Shown here one piece after another: positions 29,209-38,679 of a stretch of 64,000 nucleotides of DNA. This stretch comes from Candidatus Buchananbacteria bacterium (GTDB lineage Bacteria > Patescibacteriota > Patescibacteriia > 2-01-FULL-39-33). Positions within the stretch are counted from its first letter, which is position 1; each line of letters opens with the position of its first letter. A model generated the notes under the pieces. That model saw nothing but the letters and a program-made list of their open reading frames with translations, was not told the DNA's origin and made no database searches. Where the stretch lies: NCBI GenBank assembly GCA_041665065.1, contig JBAYJM010000002.1, positions 19,796 to 83,795 on the forward strand, written 5' to 3'. The position numbers and the translations under genes are program-made.

Positions 29209-29952
29209 TTATTTTTTTGTAGCTGTAAAAGTTTTTACAATAGGATCTTTTTCCAATTCTTTCCAATTGGGGCTATACTTTTTACTTTCTTCAGATATCT
29301 TAATATCATACCACTTAGTATCTTCAAATCCTGCTTCAGCCATTGCATTGTCATAAATTTTTTGGCTCCAACAATAATTTACAAATTCACAAATTTTGTT
29401 ATCATTCTGATCGTAAAGTATCGTTAAAATTGCAGAACCATCCTTAAATGGTTCACCAAGCCATTTCCCTGCTGACTCACATCCTAATTTATAATCAGCG
29501 GCCGGATTCTGCGGATTATTATTTATTGCGACTAATTTTCCGCCGCTTTTTAAATTGCCTGCTGCATTTAAGAAAAATTTTTTTAATTGCTGTTCACTAG
29601 AAGCATAATGGAAAAAATAAGCAGCGGTAACCAAATCAAATTTTTCATCAAATGCATATTTTTGGTCGCCGTCTATTAACTGATATTTAATTCCAGGAGG
29701 TTTTTGGATTTCATATTCTTTCGCCATTGCCAGCATTTTTTCTGAATTGTCTATTCCAGTAACGACGGCCCCATTTTCAGCCAATAGCCTAGAACTAAAA
29801 CCACTTCCACAGCCCAAATCTAAAACCTTTTTATTTCGCAAATCTCCACATAAAGCCAAAAAAGAAGGATAAATCCTATATTTCCTTTGCGGATGTTTTG
29901 TCCTCTCGTCCGAGGAGTAAGTTTCTGCGATTTTATCGTATTGCGAAGTCAT
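29209..29952 (-). CDS. Class I SAM-dependent methyltransferase
   Basis: Motif I VLDLGCGSGFSS and a post-I acidic motif. Confidence 0.7.
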   Translation of the reverse strand: MTSQYDKIAETYSSDERTKHPQRKYRIYPSFLALCGDLRNKKVLDLGCGSGFSSRLLAENGAVVTGIDNSEKMLAMAKEYEIQKPPGIKYQLIDGDQKYAFDEKFDLVTAAYFFHYASSEQQLKKFFLNAAGNLKSGGKLVAINNNPQNPAADYKLGCESAGKWLGEPFKDGSAILTILYDQNDNKICEFVNYCWSQKIYDNAMAEAGFEDTKWYDIKISEESKKYSPNWKELEKDPIVKTFTATKK

Positions 29953-30106
29953 ACATGACTTAACTGTTTATTATTGCTATGTGTTTTTATTTTAACATCT
30001 ACCCGCTTTAACTGTCTACTATCTAAATTTACAGCCATTTTATTCGATTTTATCAGCTATAAATTCCATACTTCTCATGTCATCATAAAACCTGTAAAAT
30101 AAATAA

Positions 30107-32266
30107 ATGCCTACCAAAATTTCAAAAACTTTAAAAAAATACTTCGGCTATGATGAGTTCCGGCCGATGCAGTCTGATATCATTCAAAGCGTTTTAGACG
30201 GAAAGGATAATTTTATCCTGATGCCAACTGGCGGAGGCAAATCACTTTGCTACCAACTACCAGCGCTAGAATTTCCCGGAATAACATTGGTCATTTCTCC
30301 GCTTATTGCCCTAATGAAAGACCAGGTCGATGCCCTGCAAGCTAATGGAATCAAAGCTGAATACATAAATTCGTCTTTAACATCTCAACAGATAAATTCT
30401 GCCTACGAGAGAGCGAAAAATAATGAAATTAAAATCCTTTATCTCGCGCCGGAAAGATTCGCTCAAGACGAATTCCAACAATTTTTAAAATCTTTAACCA
30501 TCAGCTTGATTGCAGTTGACGAAGCTCATTGTATTTCAGAATGGGGGCATGATTTCCGCCCTGATTACCGGAATCTAAGCATGCTCAAAAAGATTTTTCC
30601 TTCAGTTCCCCTTATTGCTCTGACTGCGACAGCCACGGCCAAGGTTCGCGAAGATATTATCAATCAACTTAATTTGAAAAAAGCGCCGATTTTCATTTCC
30701 AGCTTTAACCGTGAAAATCTAAACTTAAGCATTATCGAAAAGAAGCAAGCATTTCCTAGGCTTGTTAGGTTACTTGAAAAATACAAAGATGAATCTTCAA
30801 TAATTTACTGCCATTCACGCAAAGAAACAGAAGAGATTGCAGAGAACTTAAGGCTAAACAAATTTAATGCGCGAGCATATCATGCCGGACTAGAAGCAAA
30901 TGAAAGGAAATTAGTCCAAGATTTATTTATCAAAGACAAAGTCAATATCATTGTCGCAACAATTGCCTTTGGAATGGGAATTGATAAACCGGACGTCAGG
31001 CTCGTTGTCCATTACACTTATCCCAAAACACTTGAAGGCTACTACCAAGAAATCGGACGTGCCGGTCGAGACGGACTTCCTAGCGAATGCGTCACGTTCT
31101 ATACCTACGCCGACACCAGGAAGCATGAATTTTTTATAAACCAAATACAGGACGGTCAACTGCAATTGCGTGCCCAAGAAAAATTAAATGAGATTATAAA
31201 TTTTTGCGATCTTTCCACTTGCCGAAAGAAATACTTGTTAAAATATTTTGGAGAAAATTTAGAAAAAGAAAATTGTGGTGGCTGTGATGTTTGTTTGACC
31301 GAAAAAGAAATATTTGATGCCACTAAAGTTTCTAAAAAAATACTTTCCGCCGTTGCACGTACAGAAAATCGATATGGCAAAAGTTATATTGTCGATGTTT
31401 TGCTTGGAAAAAAGAATCAGAAAGTTTTGATAAACAAACATGATCAGCTTTCTGTTTTTAATATCGTAAATGATTATTCGGAAAACGAATTAGCGCAAAT
31501 TATTGACCAATTAACAAACTTAAACTATTTGATGAAAAGCGAGGGCTTGTATCCAGTGCTTAGCCTGACCAGAAAAGGTAACCAATTCCTGACGGGAGAT
31601 GAAATTTTATCATTAAACAAGCCTAGAGCTGATGTGGTTATAAATAAAAAAACGCCAAAGAAAGGCGATCTAGAATTTAATGCTGAATTATTTGCAATTC
31701 TGCGAGCATTACGCAAAGATTTAGCAGACACAGCTAATGTTCCGCCGTTTGTAATTTTCGGTGATACAAGCTTGCAAGAAATGGCTTATTATTTTCCTAA
31801 AGATAATGATAGTTTTTCAAAAATTTCTGGTGTTGGAGCAAAAAAGTTAGAGCGGTTTGGAGAAATTTTTATTAAAACAATTACAGAATTTACTAATGCA
31901 AATAAAATAGAATCGATTGCCAAGCCAGGGAAAAAAATCACCGAACCGATCTTAAATATAAAAATGCAAAGGCCGATTTTTTACTTAAAAACCAGGGAAT
32001 TACTGATTAAAAAGATTTCAATTGAAAGAATTGCCAAGCATCAAAATTTAACTCCAAGCACAATTATCGGCCACATTGAAAAATCAATCGATGCCGGTGA
32101 AAAACTCGATCTCGAATATTTAAAACTCCCCCACAATAGATACGAAGCAATGAAAGAAGCCTTCCTTGAATGCGGAGATGAAAAACTTAAGCCGGTTTTT
32201 GAATATTTGGATGGAAAATATTCATATGATGAATTGAAATTGGCTCGGCTTTTAATTCGGCTGTAG
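30107..32266 (+). CDS. recQ: ATP-dependent DNA helicase RecQ
   Basis: YFGYDEFRPMQ, Walker A PTGGGKS, DEAH, a Zn-binding Cys cluster, HRDC, and a C-terminal HTH extension. Confidence 0.9.
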   Translation: MPTKISKTLKKYFGYDEFRPMQSDIIQSVLDGKDNFILMPTGGGKSLCYQLPALEFPGITLVISPLIALMKDQVDALQANGIKAEYINSSLTSQQINSAYERAKNNEIKILYLAPERFAQDEFQQFLKSLTISLIAVDEAHCISEWGHDFRPDYRNLSMLKKIFPSVPLIALTATATAKVREDIINQLNLKKAPIFISSFNRENLNLSIIEKKQAFPRLVRLLEKYKDESSIIYCHSRKETEEIAENLRLNKFNARAYHAGLEANERKLVQDLFIKDKVNIIVATIAFGMGIDKPDVRLVVHYTYPKTLEGYYQEIGRAGRDGLPSECVTFYTYADTRKHEFFINQIQDGQLQLRAQEKLNEIINFCDLSTCRKKYLLKYFGENLEKENCGGCDVCLTEKEIFDATKVSKKILSAVARTENRYGKSYIVDVLLGKKNQKVLINKHDQLSVFNIVNDYSENELAQIIDQLTNLNYLMKSEGLYPVLSLTRKGNQFLTGDEILSLNKPRADVVINKKTPKKGDLEFNAELFAILRALRKDLADTANVPPFVIFGDTSLQEMAYYFPKDNDSFSKISGVGAKKLERFGEIFIKTITEFTNANKIESIAKPGKKITEPILNIKMQRPIFYLKTRELLIKKISIERIAKHQNLTPSTIIGHIEKSIDAGEKLDLEYLKLPHNRYEAMKEAFLECGDEKLKPVFEYLDGKYSYDELKLARLLIRL

Positions 32267-32267
32267 A

Positions 32268-32774
32268 CTAATCAGTAAAAACTTTCTGATTCAAACACCC
32301 GCCACAAACTGGACCTGATTGTATATTATTTTTTCCGTTATATTGTCGCATTATACCCTGCATTGGACCATGACGAAGCCATATTTGATCCAATCCGGTT
32401 AGGTCAATAATCCATCCAGCTATCAAGATTGCGGCAACAAACCCAGCAATCACAACTAAAAATCTTTTTTTATGCCAGAAATCATACCGCCTAAGAAACC
32501 ATAATCCCGCTACTAACCCGGCAATCGCAATAATTGGCGCCCACCAAGGAAAACTTGAGAGTAATTGCTCCAATCGAAGTTGCCCCATGGGTCCATGACT
32601 ACGCAAAGCAAACCGAGTTAAACTGATAAAAAATACTGAAACAATTACAGAAGCTACTAGCCCAATCATTGCAAAAATTGACCCTAATACAAAATAAATC
32701 TTAGGGCGCATTTTTAATTTGCCCTGCCTGATTTTATCCATGACGCTGTTTGTAATATCTAATTCTTCTGGCAT
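32268..32774 (-). CDS. Membrane protein, putative anti-sigma factor
   Basis: Overlaps the ECF sigma gene. Multi-TM with a C-terminal CGGC. Confidence 0.4.
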   Translation of the reverse strand: MPEELDITNSVMDKIRQGKLKMRPKIYFVLGSIFAMIGLVASVIVSVFFISLTRFALRSHGPMGQLRLEQLLSSFPWWAPIIAIAGLVAGLWFLRRYDFWHKKRFLVVIAGFVAAILIAGWIIDLTGLDQIWLRHGPMQGIMRQYNGKNNIQSGPVCGGCLNQKVFTD

Positions 32775-33298
32775 ATTTTTTTCATTAAAATTTTTGCTCG
32801 GCTTACTCTAGTTGCGACAGTGCCCATCGGGATTTGCAATATATCACTTATCTCTTCATATGACTTTTCATCAATGTAATAAAGCGTAATTGGCTCAGAA
32901 TATAATAAGGGCATTTTGCCCAAACATTTCTCTACCTTGGAAACAATTTCCTTTTGGCTATAATCATCCTCAATATTTTCTTTGCTTTTAAAGTCTATAT
33001 CTTCCGGAAGTCCTATTTCTTTTTGATATTTTTTTAAAATGTTTACAGCTTGATTATGAACAATGCGATATATCCAACTGGAAAAATTTTTTTTAACATC
33101 AAAACTTCTTAAATTGATAAAGGCTTTTATAAATGACTCTTGGACAACGTCTGCAGCCTTATGTTCATCATTTATTAAATTGCATGCATATCTTAATAAT
33201 TTTTTTTGATATCTTTCAATAATAGCATAAGATTCCTGATCAACCGATCGAACTCTTTCAATAATTTCTTCATCAGAAATTTTTCCATCATCTATCAT
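32759..33298 (-). CDS. ECF-subfamily RNA polymerase sigma factor
   Basis: Sigma70 region 2 (DVVQESFIKAF) and region 4 HTH. Confidence 0.8.
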   Translation of the reverse strand: MIDDGKISDEEIIERVRSVDQESYAIIERYQKKLLRYACNLINDEHKAADVVQESFIKAFINLRSFDVKKNFSSWIYRIVHNQAVNILKKYQKEIGLPEDIDFKSKENIEDDYSQKEIVSKVEKCLGKMPLLYSEPITLYYIDEKSYEEISDILQIPMGTVATRVSRAKILMKKICQKN

Positions 33299-33379
33299 GC
33301 TAATAGTATGTTAAGTTTATGCTCCTACTATGTTAGGCTCCGATTATTATCGGAGCCTAACATATTTGAGATTTATTGA

Positions 33380-33760
33380 TTAACGTCCCAAACCTCTACC
33401 CATGCCCATTCCGCCTGCATTTCTACCAGAACCATTATGCAAACCTAGGCCAAGATCTTGACGAATTTTCTGTGCTTCAGCGGTCTTGCCTTGCAAAGCC
33501 AGTTGATGCGCCTCAGCAAATTTTGCAAAGTTGTCTTTATTTATGACTTGAGTCGCTCTGCCTTTCCCTTGCATAAGGCTTTTCCAAGCATCATAATCCT
33601 TATTTTCAAATGCTTTTGTCATTGCTTCATGACGTTCTGCTGTATAGTTTGGACCCTTAATATTAGGATCTCCCTGATAAGCCAAAACTGATCCAGCTGA
33701 TAAGGCGCCAATTCCAGCTATTAAAGCCAACGCACCCAAACCTAATGTTATTTTTTTCAT
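33380..33760 (-). CDS. Secreted small protein with Gly-rich C-terminus
   Basis: Signal peptide ending AGSVLAYQ. Tail ...GGMGMGRGLGR. Confidence 0.4.
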   Translation of the reverse strand: MKKITLGLGALALIAGIGALSAGSVLAYQGDPNIKGPNYTAERHEAMTKAFENKDYDAWKSLMQGKGRATQVINKDNFAKFAEAHQLALQGKTAEAQKIRQDLGLGLHNGSGRNAGGMGMGRGLGR

Positions 33761-33890
33761 AATATTTTATTTTATTGATTTAATTGATTAATCCGACCTT
33801 TATACCACTAATACAAGACTAGTGGCATTTTTCTTTCATTTGGTTCTAATTAAATCAATATTATTGCTATTTTATGATAAATATAAAAGA

Positions 33891-34619
33891 TTAGTTTATT
33901 ATAAAATTCTCACCATTAATATCTTTTGACTCATCGGACGCTAAAAAAACTATTTTTTCTGCAACTTCTTTTGGATCAATAAGTTTTCCGTCTTTGCGAC
34001 TAGCCAAAACCGCTTTTAATTCTTCTTGTGGTGCAGTCAGCCAGTAACCCGCATCAGTTTGTGCTGGGGATACTACATTTGCTCTTCCGTCAAAAACCGA
34101 TAGTAATTCAGCATATGACTGAGTTATATTAATTACGCCCGCTTTTCCTGCTGAGTATGAGATAGCATCTGCGTGACCGTTTACTCCATGGATAGATGAC
34201 ACATTTACAATAATTCCGCTTTTTTGTTTTAGAAAAACTTCTGTGGCATATTTTGACATACTCATCGCAGAAACAAGATTTTGTTTCAAAGATTCTATCC
34301 AAATATCAACATCCAAATTCCATTCATCGCCATCAATATATCTGCCGGCATTATTTACCAACACATCAATTTTTCCAAATACTTCAATGGTTTTATCGAC
34401 TACTTTTTTTGCTTCATCGTCTTTAGTCAAATCAGCCTTAATTGCCAAGACCTTCACTCCTAGTTTTTTAATTTCATTTACAACTTCGTCAGCTCCCTTT
34501 TTATTGCTCTTATATGTAATAGCAACATTAGCACCCTTTTGTGCAAATAAAAGAGCGGTTACCATGCCAATCCCGCTTGAACCGCCTGTTATTAAAACAA
34601 CTTTCTCTTTAAATTCCAT
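33891..34619 (-). CDS. Short-chain dehydrogenase/reductase (SDR)
   Basis: TGGSSGIG Rossmann motif and a YxxxK context. Confidence 0.8.
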   Translation of the reverse strand: MEFKEKVVLITGGSSGIGMVTALLFAQKGANVAITYKSNKKGADEVVNEIKKLGVKVLAIKADLTKDDEAKKVVDKTIEVFGKIDVLVNNAGRYIDGDEWNLDVDIWIESLKQNLVSAMSMSKYATEVFLKQKSGIIVNVSSIHGVNGHADAISYSAGKAGVINITQSYAELLSVFDGRANVVSPAQTDAGYWLTAPQEELKAVLASRKDGKLIDPKEVAEKIVFLASDESKDINGENFIIN

Positions 34620-34640
34620 ATTATTAAATTATTAAAAAAC

Positions 34641-35198
34641 TTATTTATTTTGAATCAATATCCACTTTTGCACAAAGCGATGAAGATGGGGGTCAAACTT
34701 ATCAATTGGAGTACCCAAAACCTCATCATAATCAAACCATTTATATCCATTAAATTCTCCCGCGTCATATCTAAGAGTTAAGTTAGAATTTCCGTTAAGA
34801 ACATACCACAAACTTACATCGATATGACCAGCCGCAAGTCCAACGGTAACTGACTGAGTAATAAAAAACGGTTGCTCTGAAACAAAATCAGCTTTAATAT
34901 TTAACTCTTCTACAATTTCCCTCTCAACCGTTATCTTTGGATTCTCGTTTAACTCAACATGTCCGCCTGTCGGCACCCAGAGCTGTGCCTTAATATGATC
35001 AACTAGAAGTATTTTATTTTCTTTTGAATCAATAAGGACAAAATATGAAACCAAATGCTTTGGTGGGGTATCTGGTTTTTTGATGCGGAACAACTCTGAT
35101 CCACTCTTTATCCATCGAATAGTATCAGAAAGATGGTTTTGCTCCATCTCATCAAAAGGGGTTATATTCTGAACAATTTTTAAAATTTTATCCTGCAT
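34641..35198 (-). CDS. NUDIX hydrolase
   Basis: Nudix box GGHVELNENPKITVEREIVEELNI. Confidence 0.8.
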   Translation of the reverse strand: MQDKILKIVQNITPFDEMEQNHLSDTIRWIKSGSELFRIKKPDTPPKHLVSYFVLIDSKENKILLVDHIKAQLWVPTGGHVELNENPKITVEREIVEELNIKADFVSEQPFFITQSVTVGLAAGHIDVSLWYVLNGNSNLTLRYDAGEFNGYKWFDYDEVLGTPIDKFDPHLHRFVQKWILIQNK

Positions 35199-35219
35199 AA
35201 CTTTATAAATTCCAATTCT

Positions 35220-38200
35220 TCAATAATTAATGACACCTGCAGGAATGACTGGGTCATTGTCCTCTTGTCTTAACCCTATTATCTCTGGATCTATTGGACC
35301 TATTTCCCATGCATGTTTATTTATAAAGCTCTTTTTTACGATTCCGTGATCAAAAAATATCTCCGGAGGGAATGAATTTTTATCTTTAATAAAAGATGGG
35401 GCAAATAGATAGAAACCCCATCGTTCAAAAGAATCAACAAATCCATTAAGATTTTTTAGTGATTCGGGAGTCATGTTATGTGTTCTGCCAACATTCAGTA
35501 AACGTTTTCCATGGGAGGCTTTTGGATCAGGAAGATTTCTTGAAACAACAAATTTATACCAAAGCGGGTTACTTTTAGAATAACCTTGTATTACCGATAC
35601 TCGTATAATATCATCCTTGTCCTCTCTTCCAAATAAACCAACCCAGTTGCTGAAAATCACTTTGGCCTTTTCTTCGTTGGTAAACATTAACGCAACAACT
35701 GGCGGTTGCTCTGGATGAACAAGATATGCAACACCCTCCCAGCCTGCATCATTCCAGATATGATCTTCGATAATTGAAATATTTTTAATTTGATCATGTC
35801 TCAAAAGATTTTTTTCTATTTGGGTGACATTTTCTTTTATATCTTTAAGCAGATCAAGTTTAACCTTACCAGATTCTATTTTATTGTATTCATATTTAGT
35901 ATTTTCTTCTTGCAACCATTCAGTAATATCTCTTTTGGGTTTATATCCGAGAACGTTACCCTGTACTATAAATGGTGATGAAAAGGTAAAAGCACGTACA
36001 CAAATATCCTCATCACGAAAAAGTTTTTCAAGGTCATTACTTGTATTCTTAAACCAGATCGAATGACCGATGATATCAAACACTATTTTATAAACATCTG
36101 AATGAACACTCTCTGCCTCTGTTCGTTTTAGAGAGTGAGGATTAAAATCTCCACTGATAATATTAAAAGTAATCGGACCATTTTTTTCAATTACATGAGA
36201 TATCCTAATGCCTTGAGATGTATCTTTTGCAATATTAATATTTACGGTATTTTTACTACCAATAGAATCCAATTCTATCGCAGTTGCCAAAAATCCTTCT
36301 AATGAAGCAAGAATATATTCCGCAATTTCTATGTTAGGACTACAATTTTCTGTCTTGATATTGAATGTTGTTCCAAGAATAACGGACTGGAGTATTACTT
36401 CTTTTTCAGAATAAAATGATGGTTTTTTAGGTAGATCTCTCTGGGCAGGTTGTTTGAAATATGAGTCAAAGAAGTCCTCAAGTTCTGTATCTTTCATGTT
36501 CTCAGGCATAATATTTGGTAACATATTTTTTGCTCCCAATCGATATATAAGCGCATATGCAGCAAAATCAAGATCCATGCTTAATAACGTATCTGGTAAA
36601 AGCTCTAAGTTAGGTAACTCTGAATCTGCTGTCTTGATCAATAGCAAGCCAAGCAAACCACCATAATATATATCATCATTCAAAAGCTTATCTGCCTCTT
36701 CTTTGCTCTTGATGAACTGAGCATTCATAAGATGATTAAGTTTGTGCCACTCAAGAGAGTATCCAATTCTTCCTAATCTGAGCTCGAGTAAACGCATTCT
36801 ATCATATGATAATAACTGTAATTTGTTTATCTCACTCCTACTGTGAAAATCCATAGTGGCATATGAAGCGGCGTGCAACATTGCACCTCTTGCTGCCCAT
36901 AAAAGACCTACAGTTTCATAAGCGATTGATAATTGAACAAGTGTAATAATTAATCCATCTCGTTCCTCTTCTTTATATAGAGGAACGAGTGATTTTCCTA
37001 GGCATCCAATTGCTTTATAAAATCTCTTTCCTTTGATGTGTTGCATTGCTCGATCAAGTAATACATGAGCAAATTCTGTTGAACTTTTTCTTTCAGAAAT
37101 AACCTCCACTAACTTATCTTGAAGTTTCTCAAAACTTTTGTTTCCATTATAAAAATCATCGATATCTTTAGTTAATTTATAAAGAGTTTCTAATGGAAAT
37201 CCGAGTAGCCCCTTTGACCGAATAACTATATCCGTAAGGTTGTCGAATATTTTACTTATAGCTATTTCATCATCTCTTAATTCAGGTATTTCAAGCATAT
37301 TGAGCATGAAATCAGCATGCAAAGCCGCACTTGGTCTAGCCTCATCGTTCTTAAATTTTTCCAGTTTTTCTTGTACAATTTTCTTTTTTATATCTGTGTA
37401 GCTTACCTCAATCTTTCCAGTAGTTACAGTAAGCGTCCTTAACAAACTGAATAGATTACTAAGTCTTTCAACATCGAATAGGTTAAGGGTGTCTTTTGTT
37501 AAAGATTCTATTTCTTCGTAATTACTAATCAAAATATCGTAGTCGTTATACCAAAAATACAATGTCCATATTTCCTGATATCTAGCTGTGAAAAATTGTT
37601 CTGAAGATCCGTATTTTTCGGCCAGTCTTTTTGCACGAGTAAATAAACCCTCAATCTCTGTCTTGGGTTTATCCATTTCAGCAGCGACTATAGCAATTGA
37701 AAGTGCATCGTCTACTGTTGCAAAGTTTACTATGTTTTCTTGTGTTGCTAAATCTATATTTTTGTTAAGTTTTTCGAATAATTCCTGTCGATTGGTATCT
37801 TTTGGCCCAATTTTTACAATTTCTTTATAAGACGAATCAATTTTTAACTCATCAATAGCGAGGGCCTGCCTTTTATTACCAAAGATTTTATCAATTATCC
37901 ACGTACGATCGTGTATGACAACCTGTATGCCGTATTGCTTACTTAATTCATCCTCAGTCTTAGCTCTTTGGTCGGCTTTGATAAGCTGACTTGTTATAAA
38001 AAATATCTTTGAGTAACTTCTATCAACTTCGATCATTTTTTTGACATCGCCTTGAACCTTTTGTTTCCAATTTACAGTTGTACTAAAAGCAAACCCCCAA
38101 CGCTCATTCGCTTGTTGCTCTATACCAAAATAATAAGTATCTTTAATGTCTTGAGATGCTGGAGTTGTTTCAGTGTCAACTTTTCCATCACCTCCACCAA

Positions 38201-38420
38201 CAGGACCAGTTTGAGGCCTTAGGTTTGGCTGGATCTCATATTGACAAAGTTTTCGCGCAAACTCCTCAAAATCATACTCCTGTTTTCTTGTAGAGAGGGT
38301 ATATAGATGGTATTCCAATTTTAAACTATCAAGTTGAGATTCCTTTATTACTTGTGAATCAGAAAAACTACTCGGTTTGCGTTGCTTCATGAAATTTTTT
38401 GGTGAAAAATCTTCGTTCAT
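35220..38420 (-). CDS. Large (1066 aa) protein with N-terminal Mrr-like PD-(D/E)xK nuclease-fold domain and long helical C-terminal region
   Basis: GGGDGKVD...EQQANERW...KIFFITSQ parallels the Mrr_cat GDGGIDG...QAKRW...FITT pattern. No P-loop was found. Confidence 0.45.
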   Translation of the reverse strand: MNEDFSPKNFMKQRKPSSFSDSQVIKESQLDSLKLEYHLYTLSTRKQEYDFEEFARKLCQYEIQPNLRPQTGPVGGGDGKVDTETTPASQDIKDTYYFGIEQQANERWGFAFSTTVNWKQKVQGDVKKMIEVDRSYSKIFFITSQLIKADQRAKTEDELSKQYGIQVVIHDRTWIIDKIFGNKRQALAIDELKIDSSYKEIVKIGPKDTNRQELFEKLNKNIDLATQENIVNFATVDDALSIAIVAAEMDKPKTEIEGLFTRAKRLAEKYGSSEQFFTARYQEIWTLYFWYNDYDILISNYEEIESLTKDTLNLFDVERLSNLFSLLRTLTVTTGKIEVSYTDIKKKIVQEKLEKFKNDEARPSAALHADFMLNMLEIPELRDDEIAISKIFDNLTDIVIRSKGLLGFPLETLYKLTKDIDDFYNGNKSFEKLQDKLVEVISERKSSTEFAHVLLDRAMQHIKGKRFYKAIGCLGKSLVPLYKEEERDGLIITLVQLSIAYETVGLLWAARGAMLHAASYATMDFHSRSEINKLQLLSYDRMRLLELRLGRIGYSLEWHKLNHLMNAQFIKSKEEADKLLNDDIYYGGLLGLLLIKTADSELPNLELLPDTLLSMDLDFAAYALIYRLGAKNMLPNIMPENMKDTELEDFFDSYFKQPAQRDLPKKPSFYSEKEVILQSVILGTTFNIKTENCSPNIEIAEYILASLEGFLATAIELDSIGSKNTVNINIAKDTSQGIRISHVIEKNGPITFNIISGDFNPHSLKRTEAESVHSDVYKIVFDIIGHSIWFKNTSNDLEKLFRDEDICVRAFTFSSPFIVQGNVLGYKPKRDITEWLQEENTKYEYNKIESGKVKLDLLKDIKENVTQIEKNLLRHDQIKNISIIEDHIWNDAGWEGVAYLVHPEQPPVVALMFTNEEKAKVIFSNWVGLFGREDKDDIIRVSVIQGYSKSNPLWYKFVVSRNLPDPKASHGKRLLNVGRTHNMTPESLKNLNGFVDSFERWGFYLFAPSFIKDKNSFPPEIFFDHGIVKKSFINKHAWEIGPIDPEIIGLRQEDNDPVIPAGVINY

Positions 38421-38607
38421 ATTTATATTTTACCATTTTATTGTCTTGGCGGTGTGTTTACAAAAAAGTTCGAACCGATTTCACCCCCAAAAATTAATGA
38501 ACGGGCGGATTTCCTCCCCCAACCCCTCCATCCGCCCGCCCTTTCGGATTGGCGATTTCCAGTTTTTCTTTGGCGGCAAATTCTTTCTTAATTCTAGCCT
38601 GTATTTG

Positions 38608-38679
38608 TAGGGATGGATGGACTCGCACCATCGACCTCCATAAAGTAAATATGGCGCTCTACTACTGAGCTACACCCCT
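38608..38679 (-). tRNA. tRNA-like gene, Val(UAC)-like anticodon loop, atypical (no G18G19, G55, pyrimidine 37); possible pseudo-tRNA
   Basis: Clean cloverleaf with a 7-bp acceptor (AGGGGTG/CATCCCT), D stem GCTC/GAGC, anticodon stem CCATA/TATGG with loop TTTACTT, and T stem GATGG/CCATC. Confidence 0.45.
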
